In this document: positions 1 to 11,360 of the stretch, piece after piece | Position numbering within the stretch: position 1 is the stretch's first letter | Layout: each line of letters begins with the position of its first letter | NCBI RefSeq assembly: GCF_001447785.1 | Contig: NW_015173679.1 | Span: forward strand, 900,205-964,204 | DNA length: 64,000 bases | DNA from: Gekko japonicus | Lineage: Eukaryota | Direction: 5' to 3' | Position numbers and translations under genes: made by a program | The notes under the pieces: generated by a model | What the model saw: the letters and a program-made list of their open reading frames with translations, nothing else | Databases searched by the model: none | Told to the model about the DNA's origin: nothing

Positions 1-27
1 CTTCTTCTAATGGAAATTTAAATTTGG

Positions 28-390
28 GTAAGAATACAAGAAGAGCCCAACTGGACCATTCCAGTGCTTCATCTAGTCCAGTACCAAACACTGGGCAGCC
101 ACTTGCCCCAGAGGGCTAACAAATAGGACAATCTTCTTCTTCTAATGGAAATTTAAATTTGGGTAAGAATACAAGAAGAGCCCAACTGGACCATTCCAGT
201 GCTTCATCTAGTCCAGTACCAAACACTGGGCAGCCACTTGCCCCAGAGGGCTAACAAATAGGACACAGAGCCCAAATTGTCCCCTGATATTGCCTCCAAG
301 GACTGGTATTGAGAGGTCAACTGCCTCTGGATACGGAAATTCCCTTTAAGCACCATGGCTAGTAACCAATGATGGACCTATCATCCATGT
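28..390 (-). mobile_element. Old CR1 LINE 3' end (partly duplicated)
   Basis: Resembles the CR1 3' UTRs at 36947-37190 and 58082-58330 (..catctagtccag..ggctagtaaccaatgatggacct..). Confidence 0.6.
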
Positions 391-647
391 CCCTCCCCAG
401 TCCAAGCCCCCAAACTCTAACACCTATATCACACTGGCCTTCAGGTCCATGGTTCTCTTGTGGGATAACAGATAGACTTCTTCTGTCAACACATCTCAGG
501 CATTTATTCCATCTTCCCTATCAGTGCAGAAAGAAGAGATTTTTACCTCAGGCAATATTCATTTTGCACCAAAGCCAATCAACCATAGTAAATATTTTTT
601 TTTTTTAAGTTACACTCTGGCAAAAGCAATTGGGAGGAAATCACAGA

Positions 648-852
648 AGGATCATAGCTCAATAGTGGAGCACATGGTTTGCATATAGAGACCCCCAGGT
701 TCACAATTAGTGGCATCTCCAGTTAAAAACTCTTTAGTGGAAGGATACAGAAGTGGCTTTTTTGTTGTTGTTGTTATTAGGATGTTAGAGAGACCTCCAG
801 AAAAGGCAATACTGTGCTACATGGACCAATGGCTTGACTCAGTATGTAGCTT
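648..852 (+). mobile_element. tRNA-derived SINE with CR1-like 3' tail
   Basis: A-box-like tagctcaatagtgg and B-box-like ggttcacaat, followed by the tail ..aatactgtgctacatggaccaatggcttgactcagtat.. typical of reptile SINE/CR1 ends. Confidence 0.55.
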
Positions 853-1061
853 GATGTGATCTTCAAAGTGCCTTCTCCTAGAGTTGTGCAAGAAGTGATT
901 AGTTTAACCACTATAAATGGACATAAATGGGGATATTCATTTTGAGAGCCAGAACTCCTAAGAGAGAGATAATTCAAAATAGTGTGGCCAAAAAGAGACA
1001 GGCAGTCCTACTCTTAGGCCTGATACACAGCAATTAGCAAGGGCAACATTAAATTAAAGGG

Positions 1062-1949
1062 CTTCACTTTAATTCCTTTCACGTACAACATTTAAAGACC
1101 AATTTACCGTATGGTCAATTTCTCAGGGCTAGGAGAAATTCGACTACTCTTGCTGACTTTACACTAGAGGCTGACAGACTCTGCGGGCTGTTTAAAGATA
1201 GACAATATCCTTTAAATGTTATTAACAATGCCCGATTCAGAGCAGAACGACGGAACCGCTCAGAACTGTTCCAGTCCAGATCAGAGCAGAATGATAATGA
1301 CAGATTATTCTGGGCTATAGAACATACTAATAGAGCTTTCGCGATCAAAAAAATCATCCTCAAGCATTGGCACATTTTGGGGGACATTTCGGCTTGTTCC
1401 TTACCTCCGTATATAGGTTTTAGGAGGACGCAGAACATTAGGGACAAATTAATTAGGGCAGATGCCTTTAAGACCCCTGTGCAGGATACTTTACCGCCGG
1501 GACATTATAAATGCGGTCGATGTGCCGCTTGTCCTTTGATGTCAGAGACAGGTGTCTTAGATTTCCCTGAAATCAATTTTAAGAAACCCTCTTCCCATTT
1601 TTCATCCTGTGCCTCTAAGTCTGTCATCTACCTCATCATATGTTTCTGCGCAAAAAAGTATGTTGGACAAACATCTAGGGCTTTACGGACCCGTATATTA
1701 GAACACAGATCAAAGTTAAAACATAAATGTATGACAGCTCCCATGGCCCAGCATTTTGAGGAGGCCGGTCACGGCCCCAATGACTTCAGATGACTAGTTT
1801 TGGAGGTAGTGAGACCTAAACCTTACATGTATGTTGATAAGCAAAAATTGCTGCTACAAAGAGAAGCGTTTTGGACTTTTGTATTAAAAACTGAATAACC
1901 TTGTGGACTGAATGCTGCCCTTGACTTATCATGTTTTTTAGGAGAATAA
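1062..1949 (+). pseudogene. Penelope RT C-terminus + GIY-YIG endonuclease ORF remnant
   Basis: Open for about 243 codons (1062-1790), then TGA at 1791, and homology continues in frame (LVLEVV..LLLQREAFW..GLN). Confidence 0.85.
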
Positions 1950-2467
1950 ACATTGGATCTCTATTTGTTATATATATCTCTCTCCCTGTACCATTTTGGG
2001 GTTCTCTCATTGTAATTATTAATTATAAATTTTGTATTAGTTTTGTATTTAGAACATGTATGTTTGCCTGATACCCTCTGGTTTGTCTATATCTTGATCA
2101 GTTGGCTACCTGAACGGGTAATGCACGTGATAATATGGTGTAGATATAATGGAAGCTTTCAATTAACCACTAAGACTTGTTGTCCTTGGGAAAGAATTTG
2201 TGTATGTAGGAGCTGTGTGAGCCATTCTGGTAAGTCCATTATGAGACTCCACTTTTTAATCTTATACTTGGAACTGTTGTCCCCTACTATAGAATAGTGG
2301 TTTTAATATTACTATGCTTTAATTCACAGAACGTATGGATACCCTTGTGGTGAATTAAATTGTGAGAAGTTCATTGAAAATTGTATGTATGGTTTAAACT
2401 TTATTGTACAAGTGAGATTTTCTGGAGTGTTTGTTTCCTATTACATTATGTTTATTATTATGTTGAT

Positions 2468-2535
2468 AGGAAGTTTGACAAAGACCATTCTCGAAACGAA
2501 CGCAGATACACTCGAGAAGTGTTCGTCCTGTTCCT
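2468..2535 (+). ncRNA. Degenerate type I hammerhead ribozyme in the Penelope 3' UTR
   Basis: TTGACAA (decayed CTGACGA) ... CGAAA, 8-bp stem III ACGAACGC/GTGTTCGT, GTC cleavage triplet at 2525-2527, AGGAA/TTCCT stem I. Confidence 0.6.
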
Positions 2536-3501
2536 GTGCTGTACATCTGTTGGCACCTGTTGAAAACAAGTATTAAATTACATCATGGAAATTTGAATAT
2601 TTTTCATTGAATATTTTTGTATATATCTTAGTGAACTTTTTCAGCAATTTACTCTGTATTTACTGTACTCTATTGCTGTACCCCGAGTTTCTATGTTTAA
2701 GACAAAAGTACTCACCAGTGAGACTTTGCACTTGCAGAGTTTCTTATTAAATTAGGCTGCTTCGCATGCAAAGCACACCAAGGCAATACCTGGCTGGGCT
2801 ACCAGTCTTTGGCATGCTAACTTTGATCCTAAATAAGTAAGGTTCCCTTGGACACTGTCTTGTCGATGCCTTCATCCTCCCCTATCCTATTGTCTGCAGG
2901 GCAGTTGGGCTGCCTCAAATATAGCAGATACAGATTCTGGCAAAATCAACAGCTGTAAGATGTGTTAATTTACAAGGAGGTTTCCACATTTCCCAAATAC
3001 ACAGCAATTAGCAAGGGCAACATTATACCAACAATAGTATACAAGAGTATAAATGGGAAATTTTATACAAGAGTATAAATCGGCAATTTTCTCAGTGGAG
3101 GGTGGTAAGCACTGGGGTATCACAGGGATCAGTACTTGGTCCACTGCTTTTTACCTTGTTCATTAATGATTTGGAGTTGGGAGTAAGCAGTGAAGTGGCT
3201 AAATTTGCAGATGACATGAAGTTGTTCGGGGTGGTGAGAACCAGGGAGGATTGTGAGGCACTCCAAAGGGATCTGTCAAGGATGGGCGAGTGGGCATCAA
3301 CGTGGCAAATGGGGTTCAATGTGGCCAAGTGCAAAGTGATGTGTATTGGGGCCAAAAAGCCTAAAAACAAATACACATTGATGGGATCCGAACTGGCAGA
3401 GACTCACCAAGAGAGAGATCTTGGAGTCATAGTAGATAAATCAATGAAAATGTCAAGACAGTGTGCAACTGCAATAAAAAAGGCCAATGCTATGCTGAGG
3501 A

Positions 3502-5021
3502 CCGGGACGGCCTGAGGTTTTTTTGTGCCCTAGGTGGGGCCACCTTCTGGCGCCCCCCCACATGTGCCCACCAATTATGGGGTTGCCAACCTCCAGGCAG
3601 GGCCTGGAGAGAAGGAGCATGTGCCACACCTTGGCTGCTTCCCTCTGGGGTGCACAGGCCCCTTCTTCTCCCCCCCCCACTTGAGCTGCAGGAGGGCCCG
3701 GTGGTACTCCAGTGCCAGGAGGTCGCAGTTCGGGCAAGGCTGAGGGGCCTTCCTCCAATCCCTGGGGAGGGTGAGGGGGGTGAGGGTGGAGCCCAACTCT
3801 CAGGCGACATGGGGGGTGGCTGCTTCCCTGGCAGGAACGAGGCAAGGAAGGCCGGAGGGGGGGAGATGACCGCGGTCCGCAGTCNNNNNNNNNNATGCCG
3901 GAGGGGGGGAGATGACTGCGGTCAGCCGTCTGTCCAAACCCTCCCCTGTCCTTGTGGAAGAGCAGCTGGGTGGGGGGCTCCCCTCCCTCTCCTCTCGCAG
4001 CCCCGCCTCATCCTCCTCGCAGGCCCGCCCCCCCCAGAGAGCCGGGCCCACTCAGCAAGCTGAGCCACGGAAGAGCAGCCAGCAGCGGGGCAAGCAGAGG
4101 AGCGGGGTTTCGTGCATGGCAACCCAAGCTGGTTTAAAGAGCCACCCTTTTTCATGCCCGGGGAAGATTTTGGTGCTGGGCGGGGGGCGGTCCGGAGGGA
4201 TGGCGGAAACTCCCTGGTCTCCCTGTGCCCGGGGAACTCCTCTCCGCCTGGCTAGCTGACTCCTGGATGTGTCTCCGGCTGCCTTGGTGCCTTTGCCTGG
4301 CTCACCTCCCAAAAGCAAATGGAGAGATGGTGACAAGGTGGCGGCCCAGACCTCAAGGCACTCAGTCGGCCCATCTGGGACTGAGAGACAGGCTCACCCC
4401 TCCTGGCCCAGGACTCACCTCCCAGGAAGGTAGCCCCCTGCCTGGCAGTGGTGGCTGCTGCTTTTCCCCACTGCGTGCGGCTCCTGCTCCGCCCCCCACC
4501 CCGAAGCACATCTCCCCAGGGGAGAAAAAGGCCCCTCCTCTCTTCCGACCCCCCCTTCCCAGGGGTGGTCCTTGCCCGACCTCTCCAGCCAGCGGCTCAG
4601 TGGCCTTAACCCTCTCGGCACTGCAGCCCCCATGCACAAAGGTGCCCTGCCCACTTTTCCTCCTCATGAGGAGGAGGTCCAGCCAGGCAACCCTGCGTGG
4701 CGCCCCATGCACATCATTGGGACTCCTCTGAAAGAGCTCTGCATGGGGGGTGGGGGTGGGGGTGTCTCCCCCGAAGGGCGGCTGCTCCTCTGCGGTGAGT
4801 GGCAGTGGGGCCCTCGGAGCCGAGCTTTTGGCGGGACTGTGGAGTGACTCCCCCCTCCCCGGGTGCCTGGCCGCTCACACCAGGGCAGCGGGGGCGGCTC
4901 CGGCAGGTACAGGAGAGCTGGTAGCAGCGGCAGGGCCCTCGGGTGGCTCAGTCCGGTGCCCTCATGATGGCCCCGCGCTCTAGGCGAGAGACTAGCTCAC
5001 CTAGTGAGTGGGCCGGCCCTG
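3502..5021. mobile_element. Non-autonomous hAT (Tip100/MER91-like) DNA transposon, 1.5 kb, GC-rich
   Basis: Exact 8-bp TSD GCTGAGGA (3494-3501 and 5022-5029), imperfect TIRs CCGGGACGGCC / GGCCGGCCCTG, and the CR1 ORF rejoins when it is removed. Confidence 0.85.
3885..3894. other. Assembly gap (10 N)
   Basis: Run of N. Confidence 1.
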
Positions 5022-7482
5022 GCTGAGGATTATTAAGAAGGGAACTGAAAACAAATCAGCCAGTACCATACTGCCCCTGTATAAATCGATGGTGCGACCT
5101 CATTTGGAGTACTGTGTACAGTTCTGGTCACCACACCTCAAAAAGGATATTATAGCATTGGAAAAAGTGCAGAAAAAGGCAACTCGAATGATAAAAGGGT
5201 TGGAACACTTTCCCTATGAAGAAAGGTTAAAACACTTGGGGCTCTTTAGCTTGGAAAAATGACAGCTGAGGGGTGACATGATTGAGGTTTATAAGATTAT
5301 GCATGGGATAGAGCAGGTAGAGAAAGAGGTACTTTTCTCCCTTTCTCACAATACAAGAACTCATGGGCACTCAATGAAATTGCTGAGCAGTTGGGTTAGA
5401 ACAGATAAAAAGAAGTACTTCTTCACCCAAAGAGTGATTAACCCATGGAATTCACTGCCACAGGAGGTAGTGGCAGCTACAAGCATGGACAGCTTCAAGA
5501 GGGAATTAAATAAGCATATGGAGCAGAAGTCCATCAGTGGCTATTAGCCACAAGGTATAGACAGGAACTCTCAGTCTGCGGGGAGTGATGCTCTGTATTC
5601 TTGGAGCCTGGGGGGGTCAACAGTGGGAGGGCTTCTAGTGTCCTGGCCCCACTGGTGGACCTCCTGATGGCACCTGGTATTTTTGGCCACTGTGTGACAG
5701 AATGTTGGACTGGATGGGCCATTGACCTGATCCAACATTGGCTTGTCTTATGTTCTTATGTTCTTACCTCTTATCAAGGAGACAACAACTAATATCACCA
5801 CCATATCCTACTTGTTACAGATCAAATGGGAAAGTACAAGGTGCAGATAAATGTAACAAAGTGTAGCAGAATTTTTTTTAAGCTATATAATACCTTTTAA
5901 GACCAAGACAAATAATACAAACAGTGTGCAAGCTTTTAACTTCTCCAGAATGCTTTGTTAGTCCAGATATTAGTATGTAGGGAGGAGATCAAATATTTCA
6001 GGCCCTGACTGTATGGCCTCCTGTCTACCTCCTGTGTACAGGCTGCCGGGCAGCTTAGAATAGAAAGTGGTGCTGGGTGGAGTTGGTATCAAGTTGCATC
6101 TTTGATCTTCTTGGAAGAATGGGGAGACAATGGTGGTACAAAAACCAGAGCAGCCAACCAATGCTTGGACTTGGGGGGGGGGGCAAGGATGTCTAAGGCA
6201 AAGTGGGACTTCCTAGTACACTCATCTATGTGTAGTTGGAGGGTCCCTGGTATGCATGTTTAGAATGTATGAAAAGGGCTAGTGCTTGTTTCTGTTCAAA
6301 GGAAGGAGATGGGAGACAGCACAGTGCCTAGAAATCAAGTGATGAGTACCTTGCAAACGTGCTCCCTTTCCCCTGACTTATGTTCCGTGAGCTGTATGAC
6401 AAGCATAAGATTAAACAGTGAGAACTTTATCAATGCTGAAAAATTGCATCCGTTGAATTTCTGACAGCCAGGCAGCTATTCAAGGCACCAGACCCCATTC
6501 AGCAACTGGAGGGGGGGGCTTAGCGGACAGAGTGTTATAACCCTAAGACAGGTCTTGAAGAGCTACAATTCTCCCTACTATAGAACTTTTAAAGTAGCTC
6601 TTCTCAGATGTTGCAGTCACACGTACCAAGAGTCTACTATGTTTAGATCCTATAGCATCGTTGCCATGTTGCGTGAACGGGGATAGTGTAGGTATTTACC
6701 ATGCACATACTTGCCTAAGTATACATGATCATGAACACTGAAAAATTCAGTTGTCAATTCAATCAGACACATGCATGGTAAATATGCACATGGCCCCTGT
6801 TCACATAATATGGCTACTACATATATCAGGAAGATCTCTGTGTGGTTGGAGGGTCCCTGGTATGCATGATTAGAATGTATGAAAAGAGCTAGTGCTTCTT
6901 TCTGTTCAAAGGAAGGGGATGGGAGACAGCACAGTGCCTTCTTTGAACTCCATTTAGTCAAACTGTGCTTTCCCTTCCTACAGTGTAATATCTGGCCATG
7001 CATGCTGTTGGATCTGTTCTCATAATACTTTTCAATATGCTTCTCAGTAAAAAATTAAACTAAAAATGAGAGTGAGCTGCAACAGAATATAATGTAACCA
7101 CAGAGAATGTAAGCAATGTGTGGGGGGAGTATCCTACTTTGCAGATATCAAATGGTTACAGCACAACAGCTGCCATTAGAGCGTGAACACATCAGGAAAT
7201 TTCCCCCATGTCTAGCCCACACAATATTGGGGAACCCAAGAAAACTGATCTGCAGTACTAATCTGTGCAGCAGCTGCTTTTCAAAAACAAATGGCCTGAT
7301 TTCCAAGGTTTCTGCAGGGTGTGTTGCCCTTCTCCTGCTACAGGTATGCTTTCCGTTAGGAACTGGATGATGACTGATTCCTTTTCCTCGGATATTCTGC
7401 CAGATCTCATCATATCCTTTCTATATAGCAAGAATATTAGAAATTCAGATAAAAGTAGAACAGGTGAGGGGGAGATGGCTTG

Positions 7483-8099
7483 TTGAGTGCCCACGAGTTC
7501 TTGTATTGTGAGAAAGAGAGAAAAGTACCTCTTTCTCTACCTGCTCTATCCCATGCATAATCTTATGAACCTCAATCATGTCTCCCCTAGGCCAATGCTA
7601 ATCCCCAGCATAGCATTGGCCTTCTTTATTGCAGTCACACCCTGTCTCGACATTTTCAGTGAGTTATCTACTACAACTCCAAGATCTCTCTCTTGATCAG
7701 TCTCTGCCAGTTCAGACCCCATCAATGTGTATTTATATTGAGGATTTTTGGCTCCAATGTGCATCACCTTGCACTTGGCCACATTGAACCCCATTTGCCA
7801 TGTTGCCGCCCACTTGCCCATCCTTGACAGATCCCTTTGGAGTGCCTCACAATCCTCATTGGTTTTCACCACCCTGAACAACTTCGTATCATCCGCAAAT
7901 TTAGCCATTTCACTGCTTACTCCCAACTCCAAATCATTAATTAACAAGTTAAAAAGCAGTGGACCAAGTACTGAGCCCTGCGGTACCCCACTGCTTACCC
8001 CCCTCCCCTGAGAAAATTGCCCATTAATACTCACTCTCTGTTTTCTATTAATTAGCCAGTTTTTGATCCATAAAAGGACTTGTCCTTTTATCCCATGAT
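7483..8099 (-). mobile_element. CR1 LINE RT fragment with an internal deletion
   Basis: ORF 7576-8034 has GVPQGSVLGPLLFN and KFADDTKLF and is nearly identical to the CR1 at 3045; it jumps from MLGI to the IEV.KIMH region near 7590. Confidence 0.95.
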
Positions 8100-8305
8100 C
8101 AGTGTTCCCTCTAAGCTGAGTTAGGGTGAGCTAGCTCACAGTTTTTTAGCCTCCAGCTCACACATTTTTGTCTTCGCTCAGGAAGGAGGGCTCCAGAGCA
8201 TACTAATTGATGCAGGAGCCAAATCGCTCACTCACAACTTTAATGCCAGGAGCTCAGAAAGTAGGATTTTTGCTCACAAGACTCCACAGCTTAGAGGGAA
8301 CATTG
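8100..8305. mobile_element. hAT MITE family A (about 206 bp), copy 1
   Basis: TIR CAGTGTTCCCTCTAAGCTG / CAGCTTAGAGGGAACATTG; 8-bp TSD CCCATGAT. Confidence 0.9.
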
Positions 8306-9977
8306 CCCATGATTAGCTCTTGGACCTAATGTCCCAAATGTGTATGTTTCTTAAAGCAAAAACCCTAAGAACAGCTTTACAGCTTTACTGGATCAAGGCA
8401 AAGATTAATTTAGTCCCAATGCTGCCCTTACTAGTAGCCATAACAATAGTCCTGGAACATTACTGAAAGCCATGATGTATTCTGTTGCTTGTCGACAGCA
8501 CCTGAAAACCAGAGGCATATTGCCTGTAAATGTGACTATTCCACTTAATTGTTGTGTCTATACACGTGAAAAGGCATGGCTCACAGGGTGATCACCAGTC
8601 TTTGTTGACTGAGGCTCTGATCCTTAAACAGCCTTTCCAGACCAAAAAAAACCCTTTTCCCCAGGGATGTGGGATTTCCTTAGTGCTCAGCACAGTCAGA
8701 TTCAGTAATCTTCCTGTCCCCAGGAAATGGGAAGGAATGGAACCAATAGAAGGAATGCGATATCTCCAGTAAAGTGTTTGCTTTGCGGGGACTATGTCTG
8801 GCAGGTTTGGTGATGAAAATATAGACAAGTCACAGCATGGGGTTAAGCCCTAACAGAAAGTCAATATATACTGTTTATCCATCACTAAAATTGCCAGTCT
8901 TAGAAATATAGACACATTAATTATTGCAATGGCATTCTTTGTAGCTTGCTCTTCACTATGTTTACACAGAAGTAGATGTCAGGGCTACTGAGAGTGGGAG
9001 ACTGGGAGGAACAAAATTCCTGGGGCCCAAGTCAGCTGGAGGGCTCCTGAAGCTAGTATCATGCTGCCTCAAGCTGATTGTCTTTCCATTTATTTTATTT
9101 TAATGCAGTTCTGGCTGTGACCAATAGGGGCACAGGGAAGTATGAGCATAAAGGCACTATCAGCTAGACTGGTGTTTGTGCAAAACTGAAGCAAACTTTC
9201 CTTACACATCACAGGAAGCCCATCAATCAAGCCAGCATGGCTGATGGATACTACAGTGATGGACATACTGCAAACTGCTAAGAAAGTCATTGTCTCCAGC
9301 AGTCTATTATTTCCCTCTTCCTTTCCTTGCACTCAGCTCTATCATTCTGCCTGCCCAGACAGATCTTGCAAAGCAGTAATTAGTGTTTTGCAGCATGAAA
9401 AAACAACCTTTCCCTCTCTTTTCCACAATTTTCTCATACATTTCTCTCCCTCCACCTAATTTTTCCACATGTCCCCCTCTTTATTTTCAAGTCTTGGTCT
9501 CAACTCCTTCTAATCCCTATCCTGATTGTCAACTTAGATTGCACTTAATAGTAGTATAGTAGCAAGTCTTTGCCAACATTATGAACAGAAGAGGGGTTTT
9601 ATTTTCCCATAACCTAACAAAATAGTAAACAGGTGCTTCCCCTCTCCTCCACCCTTTACATGCATAGTGATGGAACATTAACCTGTTTTAGTGGTTATAC
9701 ATGTAGAACAGAAGTTAGAACTCCCAGTTCAGACACTGAGATGTTATGATTATTATTGTGTTTGTGGGGGATCTAATAGACCTTTGCAAAAGCTACTTTG
9801 CTATACGATAAATGACATAATCTTTTTAATGTCAGAAAAATCAATCTCAGGGGTCCCAGTATTTCTCATCCAGAACCATTGTATAATCCAGTTTGTCCCT
9901 GCTTTTGTAATAAGTAAAGTTACTAGGGTAAACTGAAATAGATTTCTTAATGATTTATTTACTAATTTTGATTATGA

Positions 9978-10016
9978 CATAAAGTTTTTGTGAACTAGAG
10001 TCCACTTCATCAGATG
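9978..10016 (-). ncRNA. Decayed minimal hammerhead motif (Penelope terminus)
   Basis: Minus strand CAT-CTGATGA-A-GTGGAC-TCTA-GTTCAC-AAAA; the GAAA has become AAAA. Confidence 0.55.
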
Positions 10017-10269
10017 TAAGAAGTATATCCTATATTTGTAGACATATGTGTGTGTGTAAATATTAAATTCCCGAATTAGACATATATCTATAGAGAGTAA
10101 TATTGGGAGGCACAGGCTGTAAAAATGGAATAGACGCCAAAGGCATTTTTGGCAGGCACAGCTTGTCTGGAAAGAAGGAGCAAAACTGCTCCTGCATCTT
10201 TTACCAATTATGATGGCTTCTATAGATATGAGGGGCCTGCCTCTGATTGCTGTGCTCACAATATTTAAC

Positions 10270-10375
10270 AGTAGAACAAAGTTTGAGTCCGGTGGCACCT
10301 TTAAGGCTAATAATGTTTTATTCTAGGTATAAGCTTTCATGTGCAAGTACACTTCGTCAGATACATTGAAACAGT
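10270..10375 (-). mobile_element. Penelope 3'-terminal remnant with a minimal hammerhead (10327-10364)
   Basis: Minus strand GTAT-CTGACGA-A-GTGT-ACTTGC-ACAT-GAAA-GC-TTA-TAC, then AATAAA and ..TTAAAGGTGCCACCGGAC.., typical of reptile PLE ends. Confidence 0.75.
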
Positions 10376-10699
10376 TTCCTCAAGTTTTATTTATAGGGGG
10401 TGGGGTAGGGAGTTGCTGTCAGAAAGGGGAAGATTTTTATTTAACAGTATTTAATATTTAACAGTAGTTTGAATACTGAATAACCAGTTCTTCCACCAGC
10501 CAAAAGGGCTGCAGCAATACTTGATGAAGCAATAAGTATTTCTTTTCTTCCTTTTTTTCTTTTTTCTTTTTATTTATAACAAACGTCATTCACAGTATTT
10601 CTCCCTTCATTTCGGCACTACAACTTCCACCATCAATCTGGGGTACGTGGCCAGTTTTCAAACATGTAGCATTATTTTCTGATGAGTTATGCCTATATT

Positions 10700-11360
10700 G
10701 CCCCCCCCCCCCATTGGAATAACGAGACAGACAACAGTTTGGAAGTAAACAAGGGCCACTTTATTAACTATTTATCATAACACTGCGGCAAGAGACCAAC
10801 TAAGCGAGCACGGAACAGGCAAGGCAGGCATCACTCCCTGACCAGCCTCCTTGCCCTTTTCACGGGCGGGTCACCCAGCTCCGGTCTTAAGCCAGCGGTC
10901 TGGCTCGTGACCAGCAACCCAGCAAAACTGGTTGCCACCTAGGAGCACCTACCCCTGAAGCCTTCCAACTTGCAGTGAGGAGCCTTACCCTAAGAGGTTC
11001 CCAGAGGTGATCACCATTTCCCACCCTGGACCCTAAAATCCGAAGGCAGTTCCTGATGACCCCCTGTTCCCTAACGGGAAAATGCCGTAAGGTGCGGCTC
11101 CAATTTCTTGCCTGCACAACCCTGCCAAGTGACCAACCTATTTAGATATCAACCACCACGACCAACTATTCAATCCACTGCCTTCAGTGCAAGTTAGGCG
11201 AAAACACCTCCACCCATTCAGGCAATACTGGGTAGAAGCAAAAATTTTTTACCTTGCCCCAATAGGCGACCAGCAACAGCCTACACTAAGAACAGGGCAG
11301 GAGGGTGGGCGAGCACATGAAGTAACTGTCCTGGGTGGGAGCGGAGCCCTGACTTATGCG
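10700..11360 (-). mobile_element. Probable terminal repeat of a DIRS/Ngaro-like (or other LTR-type) retroelement
   Basis: Non-coding block with minus-strand AATAAA followed by a GT-rich tract (aataaagtggcccttgtttacttccaaactgttgtctgtctcg) and a GC-box-rich promoter-like other end; no TSD found. Confidence 0.4.

Larger units (their letters stand above)
1060..2700 (+). mobile_element. Penelope-like retroelement (probably Neptune clade), 5'-truncated
   Basis: Frame from 1062 reads LHFNSFHVQHLKTNLPYGQFLRARRN (PLE RT C-terminus), then a CxxCxxC linker (CGRCAAC) and a GIY-YIG endonuclease (VIYLIIC..YVGQTSR.LRTRILEH), followed by an AT-rich 3' UTR with a hammerhead-like motif. Confidence 0.9.
3045..5767 (+). 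mobile_element. CR1 LINE, 5'-truncated, split by a hAT insertion at 3502-5021
   Basis: RT motifs GVSQGSVLGPLLF and KFADD; [15 protein letters not shown] resumes after the insertion; 3' tail (ttcttatg)n. Confidence 0.95.

Noticed and set aside
3453-4983. Many overlapping ORFs on both strands
   Set aside because: They reflect stop-codon scarcity in the GC-rich hAT interior; no recognisable domain.
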